Notes under the pieces: model-generated
Database searches by the model: none
The model's input: the letters and a program-made list of their open reading frames with translations, nothing else
Told to the model about the DNA's origin: nothing
Shown here: piece after piece, positions 48,092 to 61,329 of the stretch
How positions within the stretch are numbered: the stretch's first letter is position 1
How the letters are laid out: every line of letters starts with the position of its first letter
Position numbers and translations under genes: made by a program
Source: Trueperaceae bacterium
Lineage (GTDB): Bacteria; Deinococcota; Deinococci; Deinococcales; Trueperaceae
Direction: 5' to 3'
DNA length: 64,000 nt
Assembly (NCBI GenBank): GCA_965215565.1
Contig: CBDCDZ010000004.1
Span: 864,001 to 928,000, forward strand

Positions 48092-48679
48092 ATGAAACGT
48101 ACTCTTTTTGCTCTCGCTTTGCTCACAGGGCTGAGCGCCTGTATGGAACGCTCGGACGCCCTAGCGCCCGTTGTTACAATCACCTCGCCCCAGAGCGGCA
48201 CGGTCAGGACGGCGGAGAACTTGCAGGTCAGCGGTTACGCGCTGGACGACGAGGGCGTCCGGGCGGTGCGCGTGAACGGACTCGACCTCTTAGGCGCGAG
48301 CTTCTACGAGGGGCAGCGCGGCAAGAAGCTCGTGCGCTTCGCGTTTATCCCGCAGTCCGTCGGCGAAGGGCGCTGGGAATCGACGATCGAAGTTGAAGAC
48401 GTCGACGGGCGCGTGAGCACGCTCGACTTCCCGCTGGAAATAGACACGACGCCGCCAACGTTAGAGATTACAGGCACCGAGGGCTTAGCGGAGGGGCGCG
48501 TGCGCGTCGCGGGCGTGGCGAGGGACAACGATCAAGTCGGGCGCGTCAGCGTGGGCGGCACAGACCTCTCGTTCATCCCGGCCGAGCAGGTCTCCTTTTC
48601 GCTCGACGTGGCGCGCGAAGGGCTGGAAATCGTCGTCGTGGACCAGGCGGGCAACCGGATCGTCGAACAGCCCCAATGA
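48092..48679 (+). CDS. Lipoprotein with Ig-like domains
   Basis: LSAC lipobox, PVVTITSP, DTTPPTL, DQAGN. Confidence 0.8.
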   Translation: MKRTLFALALLTGLSACMERSDALAPVVTITSPQSGTVRTAENLQVSGYALDDEGVRAVRVNGLDLLGASFYEGQRGKKLVRFAFIPQSVGEGRWESTIEVEDVDGRVSTLDFPLEIDTTPPTLEITGTEGLAEGRVRVAGVARDNDQVGRVSVGGTDLSFIPAEQVSFSLDVAREGLEIVVVDQAGNRIVEQPQ

Positions 48680-48721
48680 CGCGCCCTTCAGCGTGCGCCT
48701 TGAAGGTGTGATGTCTCTGTA

Positions 48722-50182
48722 ATGGACACTGCGATGAAACCTGGAGCGAAACCTGTTTCGCAATCTGCGCCGCCACCTTCGCCTAAGCTTCCCATTTCGG
48801 CGGGCGATGTGCCGGGTTTGGGGAGACGCGCGCTCACCTTGGAAAAGGCGCACGGCAACGGCGACTTGGTGCGCATCGTCGAGGCGTTAGGTATCGGCGG
48901 ACCGCTCGAGGTCGTGAATCCTTGGGAGCTAAGAGACGAAGGAGGACGGCACCTCATCAATGCGGGGGGCTACGCCGCCCTCCCCTTCGGCGAACGCTAC
49001 CCGCCGCTCGTCGACTTTATCCGTACCTATTTCGAAACGAGCACCAGCATGAGCCTGCCGCAGCAGTCCGCCTCGGACTGGCGGGCGGCGCTAGAAACGA
49101 ACCTCGTCGCCCTGCTCTCATTTTACGCGCCGAGCCACGAAGATTCGCAGGTCTTCTTTTCGAACAGCGGCGCGGAGGCCATCGAGACGGCGCTCAAGTT
49201 CGCGCGCACCGCGAGACCTGGCGCTACGCACCTCATCAACTTTACGAAGGGGTATCACGGCAAGACGGCGGGCGCGCTCTCCTTGACGCCTAACGAGGAA
49301 TATCAAGCGCCCTTTAGACCGCTCTTGGGCGGCGTGGTGACGCTGCCTTACGGCGACGCGCAGGCGCTTACGGACAAGGTGACGGAACTCGGCGCGGATA
49401 GGGTCATCGGCGTCGTGTTGGAGCCTATTCAGGGCGAGGGCGGCGTGATTCATCCGCCAGCGGATTTCTTGCCTGCCGTGAACGCCCTCCGTGAGTGCGG
49501 CATCCTCGTCATTGCCGACGAGGTTCAGACCGGCTTGGGGCGCTCCGGGCACCTCTTCGCGAGCGTCGCGGGCGGTTTAGACCCCGATATCCTCACCCTA
49601 GCGAAACCGCTCGGCGGCGGGCTCTTGCCGATAGGCGCGACCATCACGCGGCGCGAGGTCTATAAGACGATGCTGGGCGGTCTGCAGAGCAAGCGCCACT
49701 CAAACACCTTTGGCGGCGGCTCGCTGGCGGCGGCAGTGGGGCTCAAGTCGCTGGAAATCATCGTAGAAGAGAACCTGGCTGAACGCTCGAGAGGTCTAGG
49801 CGAACACGGCTTAGCGGCGCTGAGGAAGCTGCGAGCGTTCTATCCAGACCTCATTCAAGAGGTGCGCGGCGCGGGGCTGCTCTTCGCGCTGCAACTGCAA
49901 CCTGTCGTCTCTCCTAAGGTTTTGGTGGGAGAGTTGCCCGCGCAACTCGGGAGCGCCCTGGCGCTAAGGCTGCTGCACCAGGCGGGCGTGCACGGGTGTT
50001 ACACGCTGAATTCAAGCAGCGTGGTGCGCCTCACGCCGCCTCTCAACATCCCCGAGGAAACCTTCACGGAGCTTCTGGAGCGCGTTGCACATTTCGCGAA
50101 GTGTACGCCTAAGGCCTGGCAACTCCCGCTTAAAACCCCACCTTCTGTACTGGCGGGTCTAGCGCGTCTTGCCCTGAGGTAG
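48722..50182 (+). CDS. Class III PLP-dependent aminotransferase
   Basis: [39 protein letters not shown]. Confidence 0.9.
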   Translation: MDTAMKPGAKPVSQSAPPPSPKLPISAGDVPGLGRRALTLEKAHGNGDLVRIVEALGIGGPLEVVNPWELRDEGGRHLINAGGYAALPFGERYPPLVDFIRTYFETSTSMSLPQQSASDWRAALETNLVALLSFYAPSHEDSQVFFSNSGAEAIETALKFARTARPGATHLINFTKGYHGKTAGALSLTPNEEYQAPFRPLLGGVVTLPYGDAQALTDKVTELGADRVIGVVLEPIQGEGGVIHPPADFLPAVNALRECGILVIADEVQTGLGRSGHLFASVAGGLDPDILTLAKPLGGGLLPIGATITRREVYKTMLGGLQSKRHSNTFGGGSLAAAVGLKSLEIIVEENLAERSRGLGEHGLAALRKLRAFYPDLIQEVRGAGLLFALQLQPVVSPKVLVGELPAQLGSALALRLLHQAGVHGCYTLNSSSVVRLTPPLNIPEETFTELLERVAHFAKCTPKAWQLPLKTPPSVLAGLARLALR

Positions 50183-51506
50183 CTTCGCGGTGGGCTTGGC
50201 GCACCTCCTCTAGGTCCGCTTCGATAAGAACGTCGCCCGCAACCTCCAAGATGAGGTCGGCTTGCTCTATAAGGGCGTCGTTGAGGCGCGGATGATCGTT
50301 GAGCGCACGCAGCACGGCGATAGTCTGCAGGAGGTGCAAAGAGACCATCATATTATCGCCGCTAAAGCGGCGCAGCGGTCCAAAGGTGTTCTTAACTAGG
50401 TCTTTGATGTCCACCTGGGTGTAGATGAGGCGGAGCTTCTCCTCGTCGTCGCAGAAGTACGGCGAATGTAGTTTGCGCGAAGCGAGCAAGTTGAACCCTT
50501 CGCCGATGCGGTTGATACATTCGATGGCTGTAACAGGATCATTGATGCCCGGCGAGAGCGCCCGGAGCGCCACCTCGGTGAGTTGGTCGAACAGAAAGTC
50601 GAAGTCTTGCAGGGGTGTGCGGCGCGGCCCGAAGGTGAACGCGCCGCGCAGCTTCTCCTCCAATTCCTCGGTGAGGCGTTCGCCGGGCCACACCTCTAAG
50701 AGCGGTCTGCGCTCGACCAAAAACGTACCGGGTCGGTGCGGCACTTTGACGATCACGCCGTGTTCCTTCGCGGCGGAGATGAGCCTTTGTACGCCAACTG
50801 TTTGCAGGTAGCTGCTGTGCACCATCGGCACGCTCCGCGCGTCCTCGTCAAACTCGTCAGGAATGGAGGACGCTAAGTCGAGCGCTTCGTCGCTGAGACC
50901 TCGTTCGTGAGAGAGCCGCTCCTCGGGATAGATCTTTTTAATGAGGTCTTCTAAACTCTGCGCGATGTTGGTGATGATACTGGACGCCTGAATCGACTCC
51001 GCTGTGTGATGGATGAAGTAGATAAACACGCCTAAGTTAAAGGCCGCTAGAAGCACTGAGAACGTCACCGCGAGGTGCGGCACGAAAGAGGTCAGCGCGG
51101 CGGCTTCATCCGCCGAGCGAATCGTGCGCAGCACCAAGAGGCAGTAGATAAAGGTGCCGATAAAGCTTCCCAGCACAAACTGGTTGCCCCGGTCGCGCAT
51201 GAAGTTGCCCAGAAGCCGTGGTCCGTACTGCCCCGAGGTGAGCGACAAGACGACCATTGTAATGGAGAACGCTACGCCCGCGACGCCTATCATGGAGCCC
51301 GAAATGGTGGAAAGCAAGGAGCGTGCACCGTCAGGCTGATTGAGGTACACGAACCGGATATCGCGCAGCCAGGTGAGCTTGTCGTCGCCCGTATCAAGCC
51401 ATACTAGAAGCGACGCGAGCAGCACCGAACCCAGAGTCATGAGCCCCGGCAAGAACCAGTAGCTCGCTAAAAGCGCGTCCCAGGTACTCGTGAACCGGTT
51501 ACGCAT
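50130..51506 (-). CDS. DUF2254 family membrane protein
   Basis: SYWFLP, SGQYGPRL, RALSPGINDP. Confidence 0.88.
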   Translation of the reverse strand: MRNRFTSTWDALLASYWFLPGLMTLGSVLLASLLVWLDTGDDKLTWLRDIRFVYLNQPDGARSLLSTISGSMIGVAGVAFSITMVVLSLTSGQYGPRLLGNFMRDRGNQFVLGSFIGTFIYCLLVLRTIRSADEAAALTSFVPHLAVTFSVLLAAFNLGVFIYFIHHTAESIQASSIITNIAQSLEDLIKKIYPEERLSHERGLSDEALDLASSIPDEFDEDARSVPMVHSSYLQTVGVQRLISAAKEHGVIVKVPHRPGTFLVERRPLLEVWPGERLTEELEEKLRGAFTFGPRRTPLQDFDFLFDQLTEVALRALSPGINDPVTAIECINRIGEGFNLLASRKLHSPYFCDDEEKLRLIYTQVDIKDLVKNTFGPLRRFSGDNMMVSLHLLQTIAVLRALNDHPRLNDALIEQADLILEVAGDVLIEADLEEVRQAHREATSGQDALDPPVQKVGF

Positions 51507-51602
51507 AAGATGACCTCTCGCAAGGCGTGGCTGATGAGCAATGCGTCATACGCAACTGGTCCTTCACTTTTAACTGGTTACTCGCTGCTCTTAACTTCTC
51601 TT

Positions 51603-52385
51603 TCATCGCCCGCCACCCGCCGCTTGACCTTCCTTAGCAGCCTCTTCCGTGTAGGGCTGATGCAGCTTGACAGGTTTGGAGCCGCGAAGCCGCAAGTTGA
51701 GCATCTCGACAAAGACCGCGAAGCCCATCGAGAAATAGATGTAGCCTTTGGGGATGTGCTGACCGAAACTCTCCGCAACCAAAGACACGCCGATAAGGAT
51801 CAAAAAGGAGAGCGCCAGCATCTTCACCGTCGGGTGCTGCTCGACAAAGGTGCTGATCGGTCCGGCGGAGATGAGCATGATGCCCACCGCGATCACGACG
51901 GCTGTCACCATCACGCCGAGGTCGTCCGCCATGCCGACGGCAGTAATGACCGAGTCGAGCGAAAACACGACATCTAAAATGAGAATCTGCACGATGACAG
52001 CAGCGAACGAGGGCGCGACTTTGGCGCTCTCGTGCCCCTCTTCGCCCTCCAACTTCTGGTGAATCTCCTGCGTCGCTTTGGCGATCAAGAAGAGCCCACC
52101 CGCGAGCAAGATGAGGTCGCGCCCAGAAATCTCTTGCGCGAATACCGTAAACAGCGGCTCCGTCAAACCGATGATCCAACTGATCGAGAAGAGGAGCAAG
52201 ATGCGCGTGAACATCGCTAGAAAGAGTCCCACGTTGCGCGCTCTAGGCTGCTGCTCCTCGGGCAGCTTAGAGGAGACAATCGAGATAAAAACGATGTTGT
52301 CGATGCCCAAAACGATTTCTAAAAGGGTGAGCGTAAGAAGCGCAACCCACGCTTCTGGGCTACTAACCCACGAAAACAAGTCCAT
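51603..52385 (-). CDS. TerC family membrane protein
   Basis: LEIVLGIDN, DVVFSLDSVITAVG. Confidence 0.92.
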   Translation of the reverse strand: MDLFSWVSSPEAWVALLTLTLLEIVLGIDNIVFISIVSSKLPEEQQPRARNVGLFLAMFTRILLLFSISWIIGLTEPLFTVFAQEISGRDLILLAGGLFLIAKATQEIHQKLEGEEGHESAKVAPSFAAVIVQILILDVVFSLDSVITAVGMADDLGVMVTAVVIAVGIMLISAGPISTFVEQHPTVKMLALSFLILIGVSLVAESFGQHIPKGYIYFSMGFAVFVEMLNLRLRGSKPVKLHQPYTEEAAKEGQAAGGGR

Positions 52386-52470
52386 AGTGGTCCCTTGGGT
52401 GCTCCTGGCTAAAGGTATGTACCGGCGAGTAGGAGCACGGTGAAGTCGGCTTTCACTATACCTTTAGCAG

Positions 52471-52811
52471 TAGCAGGTATCATCTAGTCAGAGACACGCT
52501 CACTTTATAAAACAATGTTTAGCACGCACTTCAAGGGATGATATCTGCGCTCAACTGTCTCAACATGTTGTGGAACTGCTGCAGGTATCAAAGTCAGTCC
52601 CACTAACGTTTGGAACTGGTCAGAGTGTACGTAGAGTTTTGCGAAAAGCTCTCAACGAATCTCAGTGCTGCTTACGATTAGCAGGTATCATCTGGTTTGA
52701 GTGTACGTAAGTTTTGCGAAGCAACACGCTCACTTCATAAAACGATGTCTAACACGCACGTTGGGTGGTGATACTTGCAGCACTCTGTCTCAATATGTCT
52801 TGGAACTGCTA
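52471..52811 (-). mobile_element. Tandem cluster of family B elements (52471-52580, partial 52581-52678, 52679-52811)
   Basis: Three (TA)GCAGGTATCA starts and GGAACTGCT(A) ends. Confidence 0.85.
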
Positions 52812-55037
52812 GATAGCAGGTAGGTCATAGGTAGCGCCGGGCGTCTCGGCTTTGAGCGCGCCGAGCGCCGCCGCCTCGAGGTCAGCATCCTGGGTCAACC
52901 GGGCGGAGATACCCAAGCCTTTGAGCGCCCGCGTCCTGAGCACCTTAGCGGACGCGCCGCTCTCCGCGTTCAAGCACCAGAGCACCTGAAAGTAGCGGTG
53001 CTTCGCCTCTTTGTCGGCGCGAAGTTGCCGCGCAGAGAGGGCGGCTTGCAGGAGGTAGGGCGCGGCTTTTGCGCCGTTCCCCGCCGCGAGCCAGTGGCGC
53101 GCGGTGCATTCGGGCTTGCTCTCGGGGATTTGGGCGAGGACGAGCGCGGCGCGTTCGTGGAGCACCTGCGCCAACGCGGCAGGAATACCCGCCAAGACCG
53201 TTTCGTAGATGAGGTCGTGAACGAAGTGTTCGCCCGACAGGATTTGGGCGCGCTGGAGTTCTACTAACCCCTCGGCAACGGACAAGGGCGACATTTCGAC
53301 GAGTTCGGCGAGCGCGTGAACGCCGGGTGTAGGCAGTTCATCCCTGGTGAGCGCCTTCGCCCTCACGACGCGCAGCGCAACGTTGGAGAGCGTCTCCAAA
53401 CGGCGGCGTAGAGGCGCGCTTCCCCGGCTGACGTCACCGAGGTCCAACGTCGGCGCGGCGCTCAGATCGCTTAGCATACTCTTGAGCGCTTCGAGGGTGA
53501 GCATGGGGTTGCCGCCCGCGTAGCGGTGCAAGCGGCGAGCTAAGGAAACGCCGCCTGGCAGCTCGAGGCTCTCGACAAGCTCGCCAACCCCGTCCACGGT
53601 GAGCGGCTCGAGTTCGATACGCAGCCCCGCGCCCGACTCCAAGAGTGGCGCGAGGTAACGCGCGAACGAGGGCGGCGTCTCTTCAGGGCGGTACGCCACG
53701 ATGAGCGACGCCATGTTTTTGTCAGGGGAAAGCTGCCCGAAAGTCTGCGCCATCAGCACGTGGCTGGCGTGATCGATGTAATGAATATCGTCGGAGGATA
53801 GGGCCGCCACGCTGCGCCGTATCCGCGCGAAGAGCGAGGCAACCGCTTCGGTAAAACGCAGGTGCTTGCTAGGGGTATCTAACGGTGAAGGCGTCAAGCC
53901 TGGCGTACCTCGCGAGCGGTGCGGGGCGTGTTGCGGCAAAAGCCGCGCTAAGGCGAGCTGCTCCCAGGGCTCGAGCTGCACCTCTGGAAACGCCTGCAGA
54001 AACCGGTGGATACCTCTGGCGATCACGATATAGGGCGAATGCACGTCGCCCGGTTTCGCTTCGTTGAATAGGGAGCTTCCCAGATTCGTGAAGTCGCGCA
54101 GCAGCCGCGTCTTCCCTACCCCCGCCACGCCCGCCAAAAAGATGACCTGACCCGCCCTCTGCGCCGCCGCAAGCTGCGCCCAGACCGCTTCGCGCCCGAC
54201 GAGGCGCGGCGGGCGCAGCAGTTGGAGCGGAAGCGTGACGCGCGGCGTCGGCAGCGTACGAGCGCGGCTCTTCTCGATGAGGTGGGCGAGTTCCAAGGTC
54301 TCGGCGAGAGGTTCTGCGCCGAGTTCGCGCAACAAGGTGCGCCGACATTCGGCGAAGCGCGCCCGCGCCGCCGCCAGGTCGCCCCGGCGGTAGTGGAGAC
54401 GCATGGCGGCGCGGTAACTCGCCTCGTCCAGGGGGTCTGAAGTGGTGAGCTTTTCGGTCAGCTCGAGTGCGGCTAAGAGGTGGTCCGCTTTCTCCAAACG
54501 CGCAATCTCGCCGCGTAGCGCGGTGCGCCGCGCCTCCTCTACAGCGGCGCGGCGCTGCTCTAACCAGTCGTCAAAGGTGGGCGCGTCGGCGACGCGAACG
54601 CCCGCTAAAAGAGGGGCGGCTGAAAGCGCCAGCGCTTCCTCGTAGCGCCGCGCCCCCATCGCCCTTCCGAACGCCGCTACGTCGCTCGCTACGTTCACGC
54701 GCACTCGCTCACCCTTCTCTTTGGACCCCTCGAGCAGAAGCCAACGCGCCGCGCCCGGCAGTCGCCGCAGTTGGTAGAGCGCCTGGCGCAGATTGGCGTA
54801 CTTGCCTACGCCCCAAAACAGCTCGGCAAGCTCGTCTCTAGAGACTCCTTCGGGTCTCAGCGCGAGCAGATAGAGGAGCGCCCGCCCTTTCTGCGACGAG
54901 AGCTGCAACGGTTCGCCGCGCCACAGTAGGTGCGGCGTGCCAAAAAGCCGCGCGTCTAGAGCGTGATTCGAGTCGCTGGCGGGTCGGGTTGGGAAGGAAA
55001 ACCTCTCGAGTAAGGGGTCCACCGATGTGAAATTCAT
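52809..55037 (-). CDS. SARP/BTAD-domain transcriptional regulator with AAA ATPase
   Basis: RDELAELFW, DPLDE, GREA, GVAGVGKTRL, GGNP, FVHDL. Confidence 0.88.
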   Translation of the reverse strand: MNFTSVDPLLERFSFPTRPASDSNHALDARLFGTPHLLWRGEPLQLSSQKGRALLYLLALRPEGVSRDELAELFWGVGKYANLRQALYQLRRLPGAARWLLLEGSKEKGERVRVNVASDVAAFGRAMGARRYEEALALSAAPLLAGVRVADAPTFDDWLEQRRAAVEEARRTALRGEIARLEKADHLLAALELTEKLTTSDPLDEASYRAAMRLHYRRGDLAAARARFAECRRTLLRELGAEPLAETLELAHLIEKSRARTLPTPRVTLPLQLLRPPRLVGREAVWAQLAAAQRAGQVIFLAGVAGVGKTRLLRDFTNLGSSLFNEAKPGDVHSPYIVIARGIHRFLQAFPEVQLEPWEQLALARLLPQHAPHRSRGTPGLTPSPLDTPSKHLRFTEAVASLFARIRRSVAALSSDDIHYIDHASHVLMAQTFGQLSPDKNMASLIVAYRPEETPPSFARYLAPLLESGAGLRIELEPLTVDGVGELVESLELPGGVSLARRLHRYAGGNPMLTLEALKSMLSDLSAAPTLDLGDVSRGSAPLRRRLETLSNVALRVVRAKALTRDELPTPGVHALAELVEMSPLSVAEGLVELQRAQILSGEHFVHDLIYETVLAGIPAALAQVLHERAALVLAQIPESKPECTARHWLAAGNGAKAAPYLLQAALSARQLRADKEAKHRYFQVLWCLNAESGASAKVLRTRALKGLGISARLTQDADLEAAALGALKAETPGATYDLPAI

Positions 55038-55126
55038 AACAGTAAGGTAGTATGGAGAGGCTGAACGCACCCTGACCGGGTTGGGCTCGTTAGTGTCGGG
55101 CTCATCGTAGGGGTCGGTCGGCGTCG

Positions 55127-55195
55127 CTTAAACGTGCCAACTTAAACATTCCGGTTTAAGCATCCGGTCTAAACGCGCCGGTCTAAACGTTATAG
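55127..55195. repeat. Five degenerate tandem repeats of about 14 bp
   Basis: CTTAAACGTGCCAA / CTTAAACATTCCGG / TTTAAGCATCCGG / TCTAAACGCGCCGG / TCTAAACGTTATAG. Confidence 0.75.
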
Positions 55196-55385
55196 ACGCC
55201 CAACGTTTCAGACCGCGAGAAGGAAGCGTTCGCCCGCGAGCTTGACGCCGCCCCGCCGAACACGTAACAATGGTCTAGCTGAGTTCTGACTAAGCTTTTT
55301 CTCGTCTTAGTGCGGCTCAGACGCTCGAGTCAAGTTTCGTAGGCTGGAATGCTTAGCTTTTTCTACCCTCACTGAGCTTGTATCA

Positions 55386-55460
55386 CGCAGATATCATCGC
55401 TTGCCGTGCGCACTAATCAGCGTTCTCGGAAGTGAGACCGGCTCAAGGTGATACCTGCTA
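55386..55460 (+). mobile_element. Decayed family B element (right half)
   Basis: GCAGATATCATC...GTGAGA...GTGATACCTGCTA. Confidence 0.6.
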
Positions 55461-55474
55461 CATACGCTCGAGAC

Positions 55475-55598
55475 CTCATCCAGAGCAACCGAGGGACCTG
55501 ACCCCGTGACGTTGCAGCAACCAACTTTCATCCAAGTGGGTGCTCCTTTCAGACCAAGCGAGCGGGGTCACGATGACCTCTCTCACTGGAAAGATGAG
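55475..55598 (+). ncRNA. SAM-I (S-box) riboswitch
   Basis: P1 CTCATC/GATGAG, CAGAG, GAGGGA, GCAACC, GGTGC, GAAAGATGA; upstream of metF-metH. Confidence 0.92.
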
Positions 55599-55658
55599 AA
55601 GGCTCTCGTTTGTGACCCTTCTTCAATTCGCTTACACGCCTACTCAGGAGGGTTCGTC

Positions 55659-55709
55659 ATGACATGTATTCCCGCTACCGGTAAAAAAGCTGAAGAGGTG
55701 CTCTTGTGA
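55659..55709 (+). CDS. Putative 16-aa leader ORF coupled to metF
   Basis: SD AGGAGG, MTCIPATGKKAEEVLL, GTGA overlap with metF. Confidence 0.45.
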   Translation: MTCIPATGKKAEEVLL

Positions 55710-56575
55710 GCTTAACCCGAAGGCTCGGCAGAGACTTCTCTGTGACCGCGGAGTTAGAGCCGCCCCGCAGTGCAGCGCCAGACAGCGCTTTTAGACAAGC
55801 CGCCGAAGCCCAGCCCTACGTCCACGCCGTGAATATCTCCGACGCGCCGATGGCGAACTTGCGCATGAGCCCTATCGCCTTGGCGCACCTCATTCAGTCG
55901 CGCTTTGATTTAGAGACGATCTTTCACCTCACCTGCCGCGACCGCAATGTGTTAGCCCTCCAGTCCGAACTTTTAGGCGCAGCCGCGTTGGGCGTCAAGA
56001 ACGTTCTTACGCTCACAGGGGATCCGCCCACGCGCGGCGACCACCCCGACGCCAGAGGCGTTTTTGATGTGGACGTGCTCGGGCTCATTAGTTTAGTCAA
56101 AAACCTCAACCGAGGCCAAACGAGGGGGCGTGACCTGGAAGCGCCGACGAACCTCTCCGTCGCTGCGGCTGCCAACCCGAGCGCGAAGGATTTAGAGGTT
56201 GAGGTCTCTAAGTTCAACGCCAAGTTAGAAGCAGGTGCTCACTTTTTTCAAACCCAACCGGTTTTTAGCGTGGAGGACGTGGTGAGGTTTAGAGAGGCCT
56301 TCGGCGGTAAGCCGCCCGCACCCGTCCTTTACGGCGTTTTACCCGTACGCAGCGTGAAGATGGCGAAGACCGTCTCGAAGTGGTGCAACGTGCCGAGTGA
56401 GCTTCTCGAGGGGTTGGAGCGTGACGGACAAGCCGCTGGGCTCCGCTGGGTCAAGCAGCTCGTCGCGGACTTACGCACGCTCGGTGTGGACGGCGTCCAC
56501 GTGTATCCGCTCGGGCGCACGGAGCTGTTAGGAGAATTTTTAGAGCCCACAGAAGAGGTTGTGAGCTATGCGTAA
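55706..56575 (+). CDS. metF: Methylenetetrahydrofolate reductase
   Basis: AELEPP, HLTCRDRN, LTGDPP, FQTQPVF; downstream of a SAM riboswitch. Confidence 0.9.
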   Translation: MSLTRRLGRDFSVTAELEPPRSAAPDSAFRQAAEAQPYVHAVNISDAPMANLRMSPIALAHLIQSRFDLETIFHLTCRDRNVLALQSELLGAAALGVKNVLTLTGDPPTRGDHPDARGVFDVDVLGLISLVKNLNRGQTRGRDLEAPTNLSVAAAANPSAKDLEVEVSKFNAKLEAGAHFFQTQPVFSVEDVVRFREAFGGKPPAPVLYGVLPVRSVKMAKTVSKWCNVPSELLEGLERDGQAAGLRWVKQLVADLRTLGVDGVHVYPLGRTELLGEFLEPTEEVVSYA

Positions 56576-56580
56576 GGTAG

Positions 56581-56763
56581 TAGCAGTTCCACTTATCGTT
56601 GCTTGGACGAAGTCATGCGAAGCAACACTTCTTCGCAGATCTCAGTTCGAAGAACTAGCGTTACGGGCAGGCCGCCCTGCCGTTGCGGAACTTCATCATC
56701 TAAAGTGCGTGCTAGGCGATGTTCTCTTTAGTGAGGGTGTAGCTGACCAGATGATACCTGCTA
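56581..56763 (+). mobile_element. Family B element with an insert of about 50 nt, inside the metF-metH spacer
   Basis: Matches the 14469 copy at both ends. Confidence 0.85.
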
Positions 56764-56931
56764 TAGCAATGAGCAACGAGCAATGAGTAAAACCCCAAAG
56801 ATTTTGACTCATTGCTCATACAGGTTACGGCGTAAAGCCAGTCGCGCAGGTCGAGGCTCACGCCGTAGCACTTTACGTGCTCACCTGTTTCAGCGATCAC
56901 CTGTGCTTTCAACTCATTGCTTGAGCATCTC

Positions 56932-60633
<3,702 letters not shown>

Positions 60634-60649
60634 GCTGGTATAATGAGGC

Positions 60650-61225
60650 GTGGCACTGACTCGGTCAACGTGGCAGAGCGAACTAGGCGAACCTCAAAGC
60701 GTGCGCTTTACGCTTCAGGACTACTACAAAATGGCTGAGGTGGGCGTCCTCAAAGCGGATAAGCGCTACGAGCTTCTCGGCGGAGTGGTACTCGAAGTGC
60801 ATCCCATCAGCCCCGCCCACAACTACGCCGTTAAGAGTTTGTCGGATCAGTTCAACACTTGTGTCGGCGAGAACTTTACCGTCTTCTCTCAAGGACCCCT
60901 TCAGTTTGACGACAGTGAGCCCCAGCCCGATGTCATGCTCTTGAAACCGCCCACTGAACAGTACCGGCAACGTCACCCTGTTCCCGAAGATGTCTTACTC
61001 GTCATTGAGGTGGCCAACGCCACCTTGCAGACAGACCGCACGACTAAGCTGCAACTCTACGCAGGCGCGGGCATACCCGAATACTGGATTTTGAACCTGC
61101 AAAAACCGCAGTTAGAGGTGCACCGGAATCCCGACATCCAAGAGGCGCGGTACAGAGAGGTCAAGACGTTTTCAGAAGAAGAGGTTGCTAGGTTCGGTGA
61201 ATGCGAGGTGGCGTGGTGGGAGTGA
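60650..61225 (+). CDS. Uma2 family endonuclease
   Basis: EPQPD, LVIEVA, YAGAGIPEYWI. Confidence 0.9.
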   Translation: MALTRSTWQSELGEPQSVRFTLQDYYKMAEVGVLKADKRYELLGGVVLEVHPISPAHNYAVKSLSDQFNTCVGENFTVFSQGPLQFDDSEPQPDVMLLKPPTEQYRQRHPVPEDVLLVIEVANATLQTDRTTKLQLYAGAGIPEYWILNLQKPQLEVHRNPDIQEARYREVKTFSEEEVARFGECEVAWWE

Positions 61226-61329
61226 AGAATCCCGGTTGCTCTACTTCTGAGAGCACGCCATAAAAAAGAACCCCAAGATATTGAGATTCTTTTTCGAGCG
61301 TTTAGACCCCGGCTCGAGCGGGGTTTAAT

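Noticed and set aside
50130..50182. 53-nt convergent gene overlap
   Set aside because: Tail overlaps are common in GC-rich genomes, with no sign of function here
52471..52811. Possible CRISPR array
   Set aside because: The units are 100-130 bp copies of the dispersed family B element, with no constant repeat/unique spacer pattern and no cas genes in the window
56568..56786. 72-aa ORF after metF
   Set aside because: It is almost entirely read-through into the family B element
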